Shown: positions 27,016 through 39,343 of the stretch, piece by piece | Layout: the number at the start of each line of letters is the position of its first letter | Numbering within the stretch: the stretch's first letter is position 1 | Origin: Eledone cirrhosa | Taxonomy: Eukaryota | Reading direction: 5' to 3' | Length of the DNA: 64,000 nt | NCBI GenBank assembly: GCA_964016885.1 | Contig: CAXHJY010000639.1 | Span: 65,660 to 129,659, forward strand | Program-made: the position numbers and the translations under genes | The notes under the pieces: model-generated | Database searches by the model: none | Told to the model about the DNA's origin: nothing | The model's input: only the letters and a program-made list of their open reading frames with translations

Positions 27016-27360
27016 ACTGCTCAGCTATATTAATTCAAAGAAAGAAAATCCTTGAGAAAAAACAAAAAAAAATGATTACAAATCATAAAGTAAACTCATT
27101 CAATAATAATGCTAAGACAAGTTATTCAATTACAGCTGCTACCAAGAACACTAGTGTCCAAAATAATTTGCCTGTTTTTTCAAAAATCCTTCCAGCTACT
27201 ATTTCTGAGAACAATGATATTAGTCAAGGACTTAGCCCCAATAGCCTAACTAACATTGATTCTGTAAACAATAATGAATTTAACAAACCAATAGATTGGC
27301 ACATAAAACGAGGCCTTAATGAAGCTAACATACGGTGGATTTCAAATCTGAAAAAAAAGG
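27016..27360 (+). CDS. Candidate cassette exon B (345 nt, phase 1-1), Asn/Ser/Lys-rich
   Basis: Acceptor tttttcactttgcag. Open phase-1 frame DCSAILIQRKK...NIRWISNLKKK(G) within ORF 26970-27416. Donor AAGG|GTATAT. Confidence 0.7.
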
Positions 27361-27980
27361 GTATATATGTTATTGTCGTTCGTACCTTAGTTAACCTCTG
27401 CTTTTTGCCTATTTAACGAGCCTCAAACATTTGACGTCAATCTTGCACTATAATGGTTTAAACCTCTTCACCTGTTTTAAATTTTTATTTATTTCTTAAT
27501 TTAGTTTTTCTGTTTCACTTCAGTTTTTCCCATTATAGTTAATATGTTCCCTTGTGCAAGTTATAATTATGTTTAATAGATTTCGCCAGACCCAAGCGAT
27601 AAGAGAAAATGTTCATTAATCATTGTGGTTTTCTTGATCTTCTATTTTATGAATATTAGGGAACTTTCCTTACCCACATTATATAAATAGCATAACCTGA
27701 ATATCAAAATAGTAATAAGTTAATTTTCATGTGGTCACAAAAAAATTACATGGAACACATCATGTTACTCATGTAATTCAAATACCTGGGATTTTTCAGA
27801 TTCCTACCATAATAAAAAAAATACAAGCCTATTCCAGAACTTATTAGATAGAAATATTGTTTTCTCAATCAATATTTGTCAGCTCAAATTATAAGCTCAT
27901 TTAATGTATAATTGGGATTGTCCTTCAAGTGGACACATAGGCTTTGTGTGTGTTTCTGTGTGAGAGAGAGAGAGTGGCAT

Positions 27981-28082
27981 AGATAATTGTTTCTACTTTT
28001 GGCACAAGGCCAGCAAACTAATCAGTGTATTACTGGTACTTTATTTTATCGACCCCGTAAGGATGAAAGGCAAAGTTAACCT
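27981..28082 (-). mobile_element. SINE family 1, 3' fragment
   Basis: Match to the tail and core of 2561-2753. Confidence 0.75.
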
Positions 28083-28290
28083 TAATGTGCACAAGATAGT
28101 GCTTAGATATCCTTCATACATTTTGTGATCAAGTAGATATATGATCCTGTTTAAGATCCTCTACACTCTGCCTACTAACATTAAAGTTATTGTAACACAC
28201 ATTTAGAAACTGCATTTTACCTCAGCACATTTCTAGACTACCATTCTCTTGTTCATGTTTATTTTTTTTTTGTGTGTGTATGGTTATATA

Positions 28291-29741
28291 TCTATTATAT
28301 TATCTATAATATTATAAAGCTGAGTATCGTGTGTATGTATGTATGTCTCCTACACACCTCTCTATAGTTTGTTAGCTTTACTCTCTCCGTCGCTCTTCCC
28401 TCTCTCTATAATAGATCATTCCCCTTCTCTATAATTTAACTGCTTCACTCTCTCTGTCGCTCTTCACTCTCAAATATTATAAAGTTGAGCGTCTTCTCCG
28501 TCGCTCTTCCTTCTCTATATAATAGATCATTATAAAGTGAAGCGTCGTCTTTCTCTCTCTCTCTCCCTCTTTCACTTTGTCTATAATTTAACTGCTTTAC
28601 TCTCTGTCTCTCTTCACTCTCTATATGACAACACTCTTTTACTTTCCGTTTTAATTGTATCTCTCTCTGTCTAACGGCCTATCTCTCTCTCTTTTCCCCT
28701 CTCTCTGTTTTTCTGTCGTCGCTCGCATAAGTAACACACATACACACACACACACTTTCTGTCGTCGCTCGCATAAGTAACACACCCACACACACACTTT
28801 CTGTCGTCGCTCGCATATGTAACACACATAATATATCAAAACAAAACAGACACACATGCACATACACACATACACACATACACAAACACACATACACACA
28901 CATATCTATACTTTATATGTATGTATGTATGTAAGATCATTCCCCCCTCTCTATAATTTAACTGCTTTACTCTCTCCGTCGCTCTTCACTCTCTATATGA
29001 CAACACTGTTTTAGTTTCCGTATCTCCCTGGTGGACGAGGTTGAGAGGACTGAGGACAGATGCCTTTCTCTCCGGACAACAATTGATTCCATTCTTTAAG
29101 TATCACTTTAGAAGGAGAATCAGGGTGGAGAGAGAGGCACTGCACCCCAGTAAATTTACTGAAAGGTGGGTGAATGAAGCGAAAATGGCCCGAGTGATTG
29201 GACCTTCTCTGTTTATAAGCCTGTAGGTTGAGGAAGAGAGCAAAAGGAAGAAAGGAGCACTTGCACAACACGCTCCTTGAGTTGAGGGTTGTTCTATCGA
29301 CGGGGTATTAAACAACCCATTTGTGGCGCCTCCCCCCTATTAGGGATTTCGATTGTTGAAATTGTTTGTTTTTATATTTTTTTACACGACTGTATGTAAA
29401 ATCCCCGGCATGTCTTTGTATTGTCCCCTTTCTTGTTGCGCCCTTGTGGCTAATAAAGAAATCAATATATACACACATATACACACATAGAGAGAGAGAG
29501 AGAGAGAGAAAGATTAGGAAAACTACACACACACATCTACAGAGAGAGACAGAAAAACAGAGGGAGGAGAAAAGAGAGAGATAAGCCGTTAGACAGAGAG
29601 AGATACAATTAAAGTGTTAGTTATTCAGATAGAGAGAGAGAGTCGGAAGGACAATGGGACACAGGAGGGTGTGTGGTATCTTTGCAGTGGAGTGGTGAGG
29701 GCAGGTATACCTAGCCGGGCGCCAACCGGACGAGCCAGCTA

Positions 29742-29742
<1 letters not shown>
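28291..29742 (+). mobile_element. Non-autonomous Helitron-like element with internal tandem repeats
   Basis: 5' A|TCTATTATATTATCTATAATATTATAAAGCTG followed by a gtat microsatellite. 3' gccgggcgccaaccggacgagccagCTAG|T. Internal repeats of ctctccgtcgctcttc and ctgtcgtcgctcgcata. Confidence 0.78.
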
Positions 29743-29788
<46 letters not shown>

Positions 29789-29881
29789 TGTGCGTTAATA
29801 TAAGTATATGTATTTATGTATGTATACGTGTGTGTCTGTGTATATATATATGTATGTGTGTGTATGAAGGTAGATAAGGTT

Positions 29882-30145
29882 GTCATCATCACCATCATTT
29901 TATGTCCGCTTTTCCCTGCTTGCAAGGGAGGGGGGCGACTGGAACCGATTCTGGCTTGATTTCTACAGCTGCATGCCCTTCCTAACACCAACCTCATTTA
30001 CAGTGAGTGGTGGGTGCTATTTTCCGTGGCGCCTACACGTCCACTTTACAGTGTGGAATGATAGGGACCCCAGTCCCCATCATCTCATTTCTACAGCTGA
30101 GTAAACTGGAGCAATGTGAAATAAAGTGTCTTGCTCAAGGAAACA
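29882..30145 (-). mobile_element. SINE family 2, 5'-truncated
   Basis: Same-orientation match to 19239-19530. Confidence 0.85.
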
Positions 30146-30419
30146 GACACTTTTGTTTATGTATATTGGGAATGAATGCTTAAACAAGAAAACTGCTTAC
30201 TAGAGAGTTTGAGTCAATGGCATCCTTTGAATTGTACAGCATAAATATCCAAGCAGGGGAATATGGTATATAGGTCCAGAAGAGATCACGGAGTATATTA
30301 ATATATATATATTTATATATATATATATATATAGTAATAATAATAAATTTGAAGACTAAAATCCAAAGAGGGCTCGATAAGGATAAATATATATCAGATA
30401 TATAAGAACCGTAGAGCAA

Positions 30420-30545
30420 ATATTTATTAAAATAACAGATTAAAGTTTAAGCAAAGAATGGCTGTTTCACCCTTTCAGAAGATCCTGTTAAGGGTGAAAG
30501 CAGCGATTCTTTGCTTAAACTTTAATCTGTTATTTTAATAAATAT
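30420..30545. repeat. Imperfect inverted repeat, ~55 bp arms, ~15 nt loop
   Basis: 30420-30474 pairs with 30490-30545. The loop and right arm also occur once at 10200-10265. Confidence 0.9.
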
Positions 30546-30649
30546 ATATATGTATGTATGTATGTAAAAGGTAAACCGAAATAACAATCCGTACAGTATA
30601 TGGAAGAGATATATTAGGTTAACGCTTGATATAGCAGAAAGAGGGTTTT

Positions 30650-30677
30650 GACGTTTCGGACGCTAGTCCTTCCTCAG
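30650..30677 (-). ncRNA. Minimal hammerhead-ribozyme-like motif in a probable Penelope-like pLTR remnant (~30550-30720)
   Basis: Minus strand CTGAGGA-A-GGAC-tagc-GTCC-GAAA-CGTC: CUGANGA and GAAA boxes, 4 bp stem II, palindromic ACGT in place of stem III. Stem I is very weak. Confidence 0.6.
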
Positions 30678-30752
30678 AAGAAAGAATGTGAAATAAGATA
30701 GATTTAGGGGATGGGCAGGTTAGAATTGGAAAAAATGTCTTTAGATAGAAAT

Positions 30753-30860
30753 TAGGAAAAGAGTGAGGACCCTGACGGCTGAGCTCCAGCCGTTTCAACA
30801 GCTAGATCTAGCTGTCGAAACGGCCGGAGCTCAGCCGTCAGGGTCCTCACTCTTTTCCTA
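30753..30860. repeat. Near-perfect palindrome, 54 bp arms, no spacer
   Basis: Centre AGA|TCT at 30806/7. Only two mismatches (30788/30825 and 30797/30816). Confidence 0.95.
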
Positions 30861-31130
30861 TTACCCACTCTACTACCCTAAGTATCGAGTACTCTGGTGC
30901 GTTATGGTCCACCTGGTTTCTTACCACACTTTCTTTGTTATATATATATATATATATATTCAAAATAAGGAAGTGGGGTACAGGACTGCTAGGTTGTGAT
31001 GGTGGAGGTGGTTGGGGCATGCACAGTGGGGTTAAAGCAGTGATGCTGAGAATCATCATCATGTATGTATGCTTGCATGCATACATACATACATGTGTGT
31101 TATATATATATATATAAATATATATATATA

Positions 31131-31399
31131 TCATCATCATCATCATCGTTTAACGTCCATTTTCCATGCTAGCATGGGTCTGGACGGGAATTGTCCCACT
31201 TGAGGCAAGATTGGTTGTCTTGCTCAGGACTGTCTGGCGGGTTTTCTACGTCTGGATGTCCTTCCTAACACCAACCACGTTTACAGTGTGGACTGGGAGG
31301 TTTTTACCGTGTTACCTACACGGCCACATTACAGCGTGGACTGAGTGTTTTTTTGTTGTGACACCTACACGACCTCATTTATTTAGGACTGGATGTTGT

Positions 31400-31400
<1 letters not shown>
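31131..31400 (-). mobile_element. RTE 3'UTR fragment, antisense
   Basis: Reverse complement of the 3'UTR in ~20380-20769, starting with (CAT)n. Confidence 0.85.
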
Positions 31401-31472
<72 letters not shown>

Positions 31473-31831
31473 ATATGTATATATGTGGTATAATATAAAT
31501 TGTCTTATTTTCTGTGTGTGTCAGGTAAATGAAGTCTGATTGAGATAATTATGTGATTGGTTTCATTATAAACTAGTACTATTTACTCATTTTAATGTCA
31601 AATCTCAACATATTCCTTTTAAATAGAATTTTCTGGAGGGAAATTTAATTTTTTAGAGAAATCATGAGTTTTTTTATTTTATTTTACTCATTTACTTTAC
31701 TATATTCATTTTCTTTTAAAATCCATTAGTTTTAAATTTTTAAATATTTCATGTAATTAACATCCATTTAATTAACATCAACACCAGATTAGCTTAATTT
31801 CATAATGAATTTTATAATTTACCAATTTCAG

Positions 31832-32509
31832 TTCGTCGGCTATCGACGCTTTCCTTCCCCGTGATGACATCTTCCAAGTCCAGCTTTGAAATATCACCAA
31901 CTATGCAGTATTCTTCTCACACATCTTCTGTGCCTCAACATTCTCCTAACCAATATGTAGCCCACTTAAAAACAACAAAGGCAGAAACATCACCATCTTG
32001 TTATACTTCAGCAGTGTCTCATCAACATAAGAGTTCTGTTAATGAAGCTGAGGAGCCTCATCAAATGAAATCTGAAATGATCTCTACTCCATCTTACAGA
32101 ATTATTCAAGAGTCCTCCTCAAATGATATAAATACTACTAGCTTTAGTTACTCTGATAACTATCTATCTCCCAACCAATATTCTAACCCATATACTTCTC
32201 AGAACATTGAGAATAATGTCAGTGTTACTTCAACATTGCCAGCACCACCATTGATTGAGCAGATCCAATCTAATTTGAAAAAGTTAAAAAAACACAGTTC
32301 CCCTAAAATGGCTAATACTAGGACTAGCTGTGGAAATTCATCCAACCTGAAAATAATTCAAGGTTCTCCTTGCCATACATCATCAAAAGCTGCTAAAACA
32401 CTTGAACAGCAGCTTCATTCTCTGCGCAAGATCTCAGTCAACCATAAGACTACATCTTTTGAACCTTCAGCACCAGTCTCAGAATGGAAGCAGAAATTTA
32501 AAATAGATG
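31832..32509 (+). CDS. Candidate cassette exon C (678 nt, phase 1-1), Ser/Thr/Pro-rich with WH2-like motifs
   Basis: Acceptor tttaccaatttcag. 226 open codons in very AT-rich DNA (VRRLSTLSFPVMTSS...PPLIEQIQSNLKKLKK...EWKQKFKID). Donor GATG|GTATAC. Confidence 0.8.
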
Positions 32510-33143
32510 GTATACAATGCACGGTTATTAGTTTAGAAATTTGTCATTGGCACTTTGCATAACATTAGCTCTTTACATAACATTTAATTATAGAATTACT
32601 TATTTCCTTAAATGTAAACCTACAGTACTACCTTACAGAAAATTATATTCAATAAGAACTGGTTACCTTTTCATAATTGTGTATGTGTGTGCATGTCACA
32701 GATAGCATTTCACCAGTCACCATTCTATTATTTTAAAAACTGACTGGGAGAAATACCCAGGGTTGCTGGCTGCATGAAAAATTCATGCAGTTAAGCCTAG
32801 AACTTTTAATAAATAGAATTACTCCTGTAGTATGGAGTGAAAATGATTAGCTAAATAATTAATTCTGGCCAAGAAATGCAGGAGAGATAACTCCTGGATT
32901 TGAATTAATTAAAATCAATTAAAAACAGAACGTAGAGGGAGTGAGTCAAATCCTTGTCAGTATCATGACCACTCTGCATGTTTTTATCTTGCTTGAAAGC
33001 ATTGTCTTTTCTAATGTAACAAACCCATGATGACATAGACATATAGCAGTTTAGTGGATGACAACTGAAGAGAATGACTTGTGGGTGGGTACCTGGGATA
33101 ATTGTTGCATGAAAAACAAATAGTTAAGTGGGTAGTAAATTAA

Positions 33144-33374
33144 CCCTTTAGCATTTACATTACTCTATATATACTATTGTATTTTCATGGTAAAGGCTTT
33201 ATCTCACATAATTACCTCACATAATCTCTCCCATACTATCGAATCTATGCAATTTTGATATTATTTATTTTGGGAACAATATCTTAACATCAGTATGAGT
33301 GGCGGGTTACAGCCGGTTTGAACAGAAAGAGGTGAGAGAATCTGGCCAGATACAGCCAGTTTAAATGCTAAAGG
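33144..33374 (+). mobile_element. piggyBac-type MITE
   Basis: TTAA|CCCTTTAGCATTTA ... TAAATGCTAAAGG|TTAA: terminal inverted repeats with TTAA target duplication. Confidence 0.85.
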
Positions 33375-33959
33375 TTAATGTAGTGAGGTAATTAATTTTA
33401 ATTCTTTTTTTTTTCTGGACTATATTATGTTAACATCTACTTTTTCTATTACATTTGTGTTCAGAACCTACAGGTGTCAACTTAACCCTTTCATCTTTCT
33501 GGTTTTAATAGAATAATAAGCAGTCAAATACTATTGTTGATTTAATCCTCTATACACCATTCCAAAATGTATTGCCTTAAGCTAGTCAGAAAGAAATCAA
33601 TATTACTCTGACTTTTATTTTAATTAGTGTGTCGATACGATTTTTTTTAATGATATACTGTAAATGAAACTTTGTAGACAAAGAATTTTCTTTATCTGAC
33701 TGACTTCGTTTTGTGTTAGGTGCTAATTATATATAACCATAATCCTGATTTGTTAATATAGTAGCAGTTTTAAGAACTTAATAACTTCAGATTTCCATAA
33801 AAATTGGTTATCACTTGTTTTTTTAATCAAAAACATTTATTTATAGATGAAGTGTATTGCAAACTTGTAGCATTGAAAATTAATGTTTTTTTTTTTTTTT
33901 TTTTAATATACTTTTCTATTCTGTTTTTAATTATAATTTGAATAATTTGAAATTTTCAG

Positions 33960-34748
33960 CTCCCAATTTCAATAGATTTTCTGCTTTTCGGTTGAATATT
34001 CGCCAGCCTGGAACTCCTCGGCATAGATCTGCAGCTATGTCTCATTTTAGACCAGTCGCCTCAACAAATACTCAAATGAGTTCTTATAATGTTACTAAAT
34101 CTTCAAATATCATTGCAACTAATTCTAATAATGTTTTAACTATTGGTGCTAAATTTAACAACTTCAACCAACAAACATATCCAAAAAAGACTGAAAAAGA
34201 ATGTGTTATCGTTGAAAAGCCTCAACAGCCCTACCAGAAATATAAAAGTTCAGTAACTGGAACTTATGAAACTGCATCAGTTATAGAACAACCCAAGAAT
34301 ATAGCATACAAAGTATCTAACCAGCCTTCACCAAAATCAACTATGTCGCAATCAGTGTCTGAGAAAAAACCTGCAGAATTTCTAGAAATTACTCTTAAAT
34401 CAACAAAATTTTCATCATTATTTTATGGTGCTAAGAAAGATCCCAAAAAGGATTACTCACCATATGGAAATTACAAACGATCACCTTATGGAAATCCGTC
34501 TTCTTTACTTAAGACTAATAATAATTTAAACCCTTATGTAAGATCTGTTTCCTACCATGGGCCAATTTCTGATGCTTCCTACACATCTCCACAAAATTCA
34601 GGCAGCTATTTCCAACCATTCTTCCGGCCTTCGTTTATGTCCAATTCTGAGAAAGTATACTTTGAAAATAACTATCAAAAATCAGCTTCAGCGCCATCTC
34701 TAGTACAAAGCCGTATCCAATGGGCATTGAATGTGTCTTCATCTGATG
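33960..34748 (+). CDS. Candidate cassette exon D (789 nt, phase 1-1), Ser/Tyr/Pro/Lys-rich
   Basis: Long T-rich tract then ttttcag acceptor. 263 open codons (APNFNRFSAF...SLVQSRIQWALNVSSSD). Donor GATG|GTATTG. Confidence 0.8.
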
Positions 34749-37700
34749 GTATTGTTGCTGTTGTGTTCCTCTTATGCACATAGTTTCCTTCTGCTATACA
34801 GCCCATTTGTACCCACTGCTTTGTATACCATTCTATGGTTTAGTGACAAAACTTCAAACTGTGACACCAAGAGAGATTTTTTTTTTAATGAACAAAGCTG
34901 ACTTTATATTTTTACTCATAAATTGTAATTTCTGATTAATTACATCTATTATTGATATTAATAAGAGTAATGAAAGGCCAGCATTGATATAATACATGAC
35001 AAAATATTTGTGGTGTTTAGCTAGGTCTTTTTATGGTCTGAGTGCAAGTCAGTCATCTATATTAGTACCCTTATAAATATGTGCCCTTATGATAATATTA
35101 TGAATCATTATTGAAGCTAATAAGCAGTTCATTAAGTCGCAAGAACTTCAGAAAGTTGATATTAGATTTAAAAAGTAGGGAATTAAAAGTTTCAACAAAG
35201 TATCAATTTCTATAATCAATTATAGTGGGGTTAATCAAATACTATTTTTAATGAGCTCATCTATTTTTGATTTGTTAAACCACTTGCCAGTTCCCCTTCT
35301 TCTGTGGTCACAAATTCACAGAGTAAATTAAAAGTTTATTGTGAGACTATAAAAAATCCTGTACTTATTTGAAAGCATAAAGTAATAATGATTTTAATTA
35401 CTTAACATTGCTATAACTTAGTTGTAAACTGTCTATTGTCAGTGGTATAAATATATTGTATATTTATCAATAATTTGTTTTAACATCATTGCCTCTCTCC
35501 TTATGTTCTTTTAGCTGAATTCATTCTGTTGTAAGCATTCAGGTTAGGTCTACAATCCAAGGATAACTTCCTCCTTACTTTCCACCTGTCTTGGAGGCCC
35601 TGACGAAACTATTAAACAAATTTCAAAGTTCAGAAGTTACATCTTATTAGTAGTTGTCATTTAAATCTTTCATTGGGGTTTATAAACATTAACACTACTA
35701 CACTTCATTTCTCTCCGAGTTGTTCATCTGGTCAGCATGTGTGATTGTCACCATTAGTCAATGGATGACTGTTTCACCAAGATTGCACATCCACCATTCT
35801 GCTTCCCATGGTTTCACTTAGTGGCTTCCAATCCTTGGTTGCTAACCTCTTTATCAAGAGGTTGTTTTATTCAGCCATTGGGCAAAACCCTATATGGGAT
35901 ATTGATGGGTGATGTGATCAAATCAGACATGTCCAAGCATGCTTGACTATATAGTGAATAATTGCAGCAAAAGGTTTGTTTTCAATTCCCTTAAGTGTAG
36001 ATAGTTAATGAAATAGAGATCACTTGACATTTTATTTGCTAACAAATAGACTCATAATAAGTGTATTTGTATATGAAAGTAAAATGTGACTGATGTAATT
36101 TCAATAGATATGTTAGGAATTGCATGTTAAATAGATGATTTTGTGTATTAAACCAAAATATGTATAATTAGAATGACTTTCATATTGTATATTATTTGAA
36201 GCACAACATATGACACTTAGTTTATATGAGCATTGTTAACTTTATGGAAGAACTAAAGAGGATTTAAAAAAGAATTATGAAATCTAATTTCAATCATAAA
36301 GCTAAACTATTCATCTGGAGTATATTGGTACTGCACACATCAAAATATTGCTACTCTCTTTCAATAATATATTTTATCCCTGGAGATATTTTAACTGTGA
36401 TGTTAATACTTTCTCATCCAGATTCCATAGTTCCATAGCATATTTAAAATGGCTAAGATTGTGAATCATAAGCAAGTTTGGTGTTTGTTTAAATATTATT
36501 TCTAACTAAGACACTATCAGTTGTGCAGGAGTGATTCTGTATAACTGACAAACGTACAGTAGTAGACTTGAACCTATCTGTGTTGCCTGTTTACATATAG
36601 GTAAAATGAACTAAGAAGGGTTAAGTGTTTTTACAAGAATGTATTTAAATGTCATTGATAGGGTATGAACCATCGATTGCTTGCATCTATATTACTTTCT
36701 TATCTGCAACTCTGACTTCAATCAATTCAATCAATATACAAGAATATCTAGCTGTATTGAATTTGTGATCCAGTACTGATAATTTAACTGGTTAGTTCCA
36801 ATCGACATGTCTAAGAACAAGTTTTCAATTGCTGAATACTTAAAAAAAAAACACAAGTTGAAAATAGTTTGTATTTAGTTACATTTTGGGTTCAAATTCA
36901 ACCAGGGTCAACTTTACTTAACCTTTTAGTATTGATAAAATAATAATAGACTAAATCTCATCTTGAGCCTATGTTGAAAACATATTTTAGGTTTTCTTTG
37001 GTGTGACATACTTATTCTTATTTACTCTTACCTTGGCTCAGTCACAGTTCAAGCTTTTAGTTGTGAAATTCATTGCATCTTTGTATTGTTTAACATGTTC
37101 CCTCTTCACATTAGTTAACAATTAGCACATTGTTTGCTGATAGTTAGTGAGAAATAATTATGTAGAAACATAGCTGCTATAGTACTCAATATCAGAGGGT
37201 TTCAAAACTTTTTCAAGTTTCCTCATAAGAAACCATTCTCAGTCGTAGCACTCATACAGTATTAAAAAGTATCATTGAAAAAAAAAAGCAATACAAAATA
37301 ATATGAATAAATTAAATCCATTGATCAATATGAAAGTTAATATTAATGCAAAGAGTATTAAAAGCTTACTAGAAATAATTGTGCATTGAGGAAAACCTGG
37401 TATTATTATTTCCCTTTTTCCAGCAAGTATGGGAGACAAATCTGGACAATGTTTTGATTTTATTCTGAGCTCCTCGGCAAAGCATTGACTTCACCAGTAC
37501 TTGCTAAGTAAATATTAACTGAAAAATATAGAATTATGTAGAAATTAAATAATTCATAGACATCATCTTCAGGGGAAGCTATTAGGTAAGTTAAATTAGT
37601 GAACAGGGAAATGACATTTACATGCTTTATTTATTTGTAAATGTCAATAAAACTTAGTAGTAATGTGTAATTGAGACAATTTAATTACAGTTTCATCATT

Positions 37701-39343
37701 TCCACAACATTTCTCAAAACAATATCCAACTTTTTAAAGTTTAACTGCCATATATAGTTTTAGATGCTAAAGTTCGTAATTACTTCCCTGATTAGTAAAG
37801 ACTCAATTTTATGAATTGATAAAATGTAACACACTATACTTCAATGAGATCTAACATCAACCTTCCATTTCCTTGCATTTTAGCTACCCACACCTGAAAA
37901 GCAGTACCATTCACTTTGGGAAGCATTCTTGTAGATGAATCAATAGAAATGCATTTGATATTCTTGTGCACTTTTAAAAACCTTTTATATAGTTCTTATT
38001 TCTGTTTTGTAATACTTTTATACTATAAATGATTTATTGATTGCTAATAATATTGATATGTATTGCCTGCTTGTAATTTTCTGTGAACATAAGTATATTT
38101 GGAAAATATTATCTTTGCAAATAAGAACTGTTATGATTTTAAATTGCCTAATCGTTTTTTTTTATTTATTTATTTTTTAATCATTAATATTGTTATTTGC
38201 AAACCAAGCAGATCTTAAATTGAAAATCTTCTTTTATAACAAACCATGGGAAAGCGGGTGTAAAACGATGATGATGATTATGATGAATTATATATTTACT
38301 TATATAGTTATGACTAGTATACAAAGTTATGTCCCTTGTGACAGATTTGTTTCCCTTGAAAGTATTTGTCAGCCTCATTATTGCGATTATAAATCATCAT
38401 CATTATCTTAACGTTCATTTTTCCATGCTGGCATGAATTGGAAGTGGTCTGGTTATAAAATATTCAAATTTTACAATATGAGATACAGAAATGATTGATA
38501 TACAGGGCCAAATCATCAAGTAATGCAAGCTGGGAAAATATTACAGAGAGTAGTGAGCCAGACTGGACACATTATGGTGTCTAGATCAATGCTTCATGTA
38601 TCTAAGTTCAAATACCACTGTAGCTTCGGTTTATTTTTCATTGTCGAATGTACTCCTCCAACTAATAGTTATACCTAAAATGGAAATGATTAATGTGTGT
38701 ATTATTATGGGTACTATTGTGTATTATAGTGGGCGTGGTGGTAATTTTTTTCTAGTGTATAACTGTGGTCCTCTTTTAATCTCTAAATGGAATCATTTCT
38801 TTTATGACTCTAATGTTGTTGGGTGAGACATGGATGTTACAAATTCCTATTTCTGCTTCTCTTTTAATTCAGAGCTTTCTTCTGTTATTAATTAACTTAT
38901 TTATTTCTCATAGTCTATGGTTCTCTGTAGAAATAATGTGGTGAATCCTGTCTTTGAAATATCGGGGAGAGCTTTTGCAGAGCAGTAGGTATTGATATGA
39001 ATGACTATATGTCATGTTTGATACTGGGTATAGAGAGAACATAATTCTAAAGACCATAGTTTTCATAGAAGTAAGAGATTTTACCATATGTACAAATAAG
39101 AGATTTTCACACATGAACATTTTTCAGTAAAAATGTTGGGGATGTTGAATTGTTTTTTATTTTTTTTTAAATAAGTACAATATTGTCTTTGATTTTAATA
39201 TTTATATTACATAAATTGGTTATATATATATATGCTTTTTATATGTTTACTACCATTTTTTTCTCATCTGGTATATGTGGTGGGTTCTGTAAATATACAT
39301 ATTTTTCTCTGTTAGTATTTCTTGATAATTTTTTTTATTTCAG

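Noticed and set aside
28330-29010. Repeat-spacer-like pattern resembling a CRISPR array
   Set aside because: Irregular degenerate tandem subrepeats inside a Helitron-like element in eukaryotic DNA; no unique equal-length spacers and no cas genes.
33465-33473. 9-nt phase 1-1 microexon candidate (ttcag|aacctacag|gtgtca)
   Set aside because: Donor very weak and the pattern too short to distinguish from chance.
31861-34783. Stand-alone single-exon genes for the 233 aa and 281 aa ORFs
   Set aside because: Track starts are GTG/TTG, and both ORFs are bounded by phase-1 acceptor and donor sites matching the WIP exons, so they are better explained as internal exons.
38190-38411. Possible further exon (DLKLKIFFYNKPWESG)
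   Set aside because: The 3' part is an RTE/SINE tail remnant (ccatgg...gtaaaacgatgatgatg) and there is no convincing donor.
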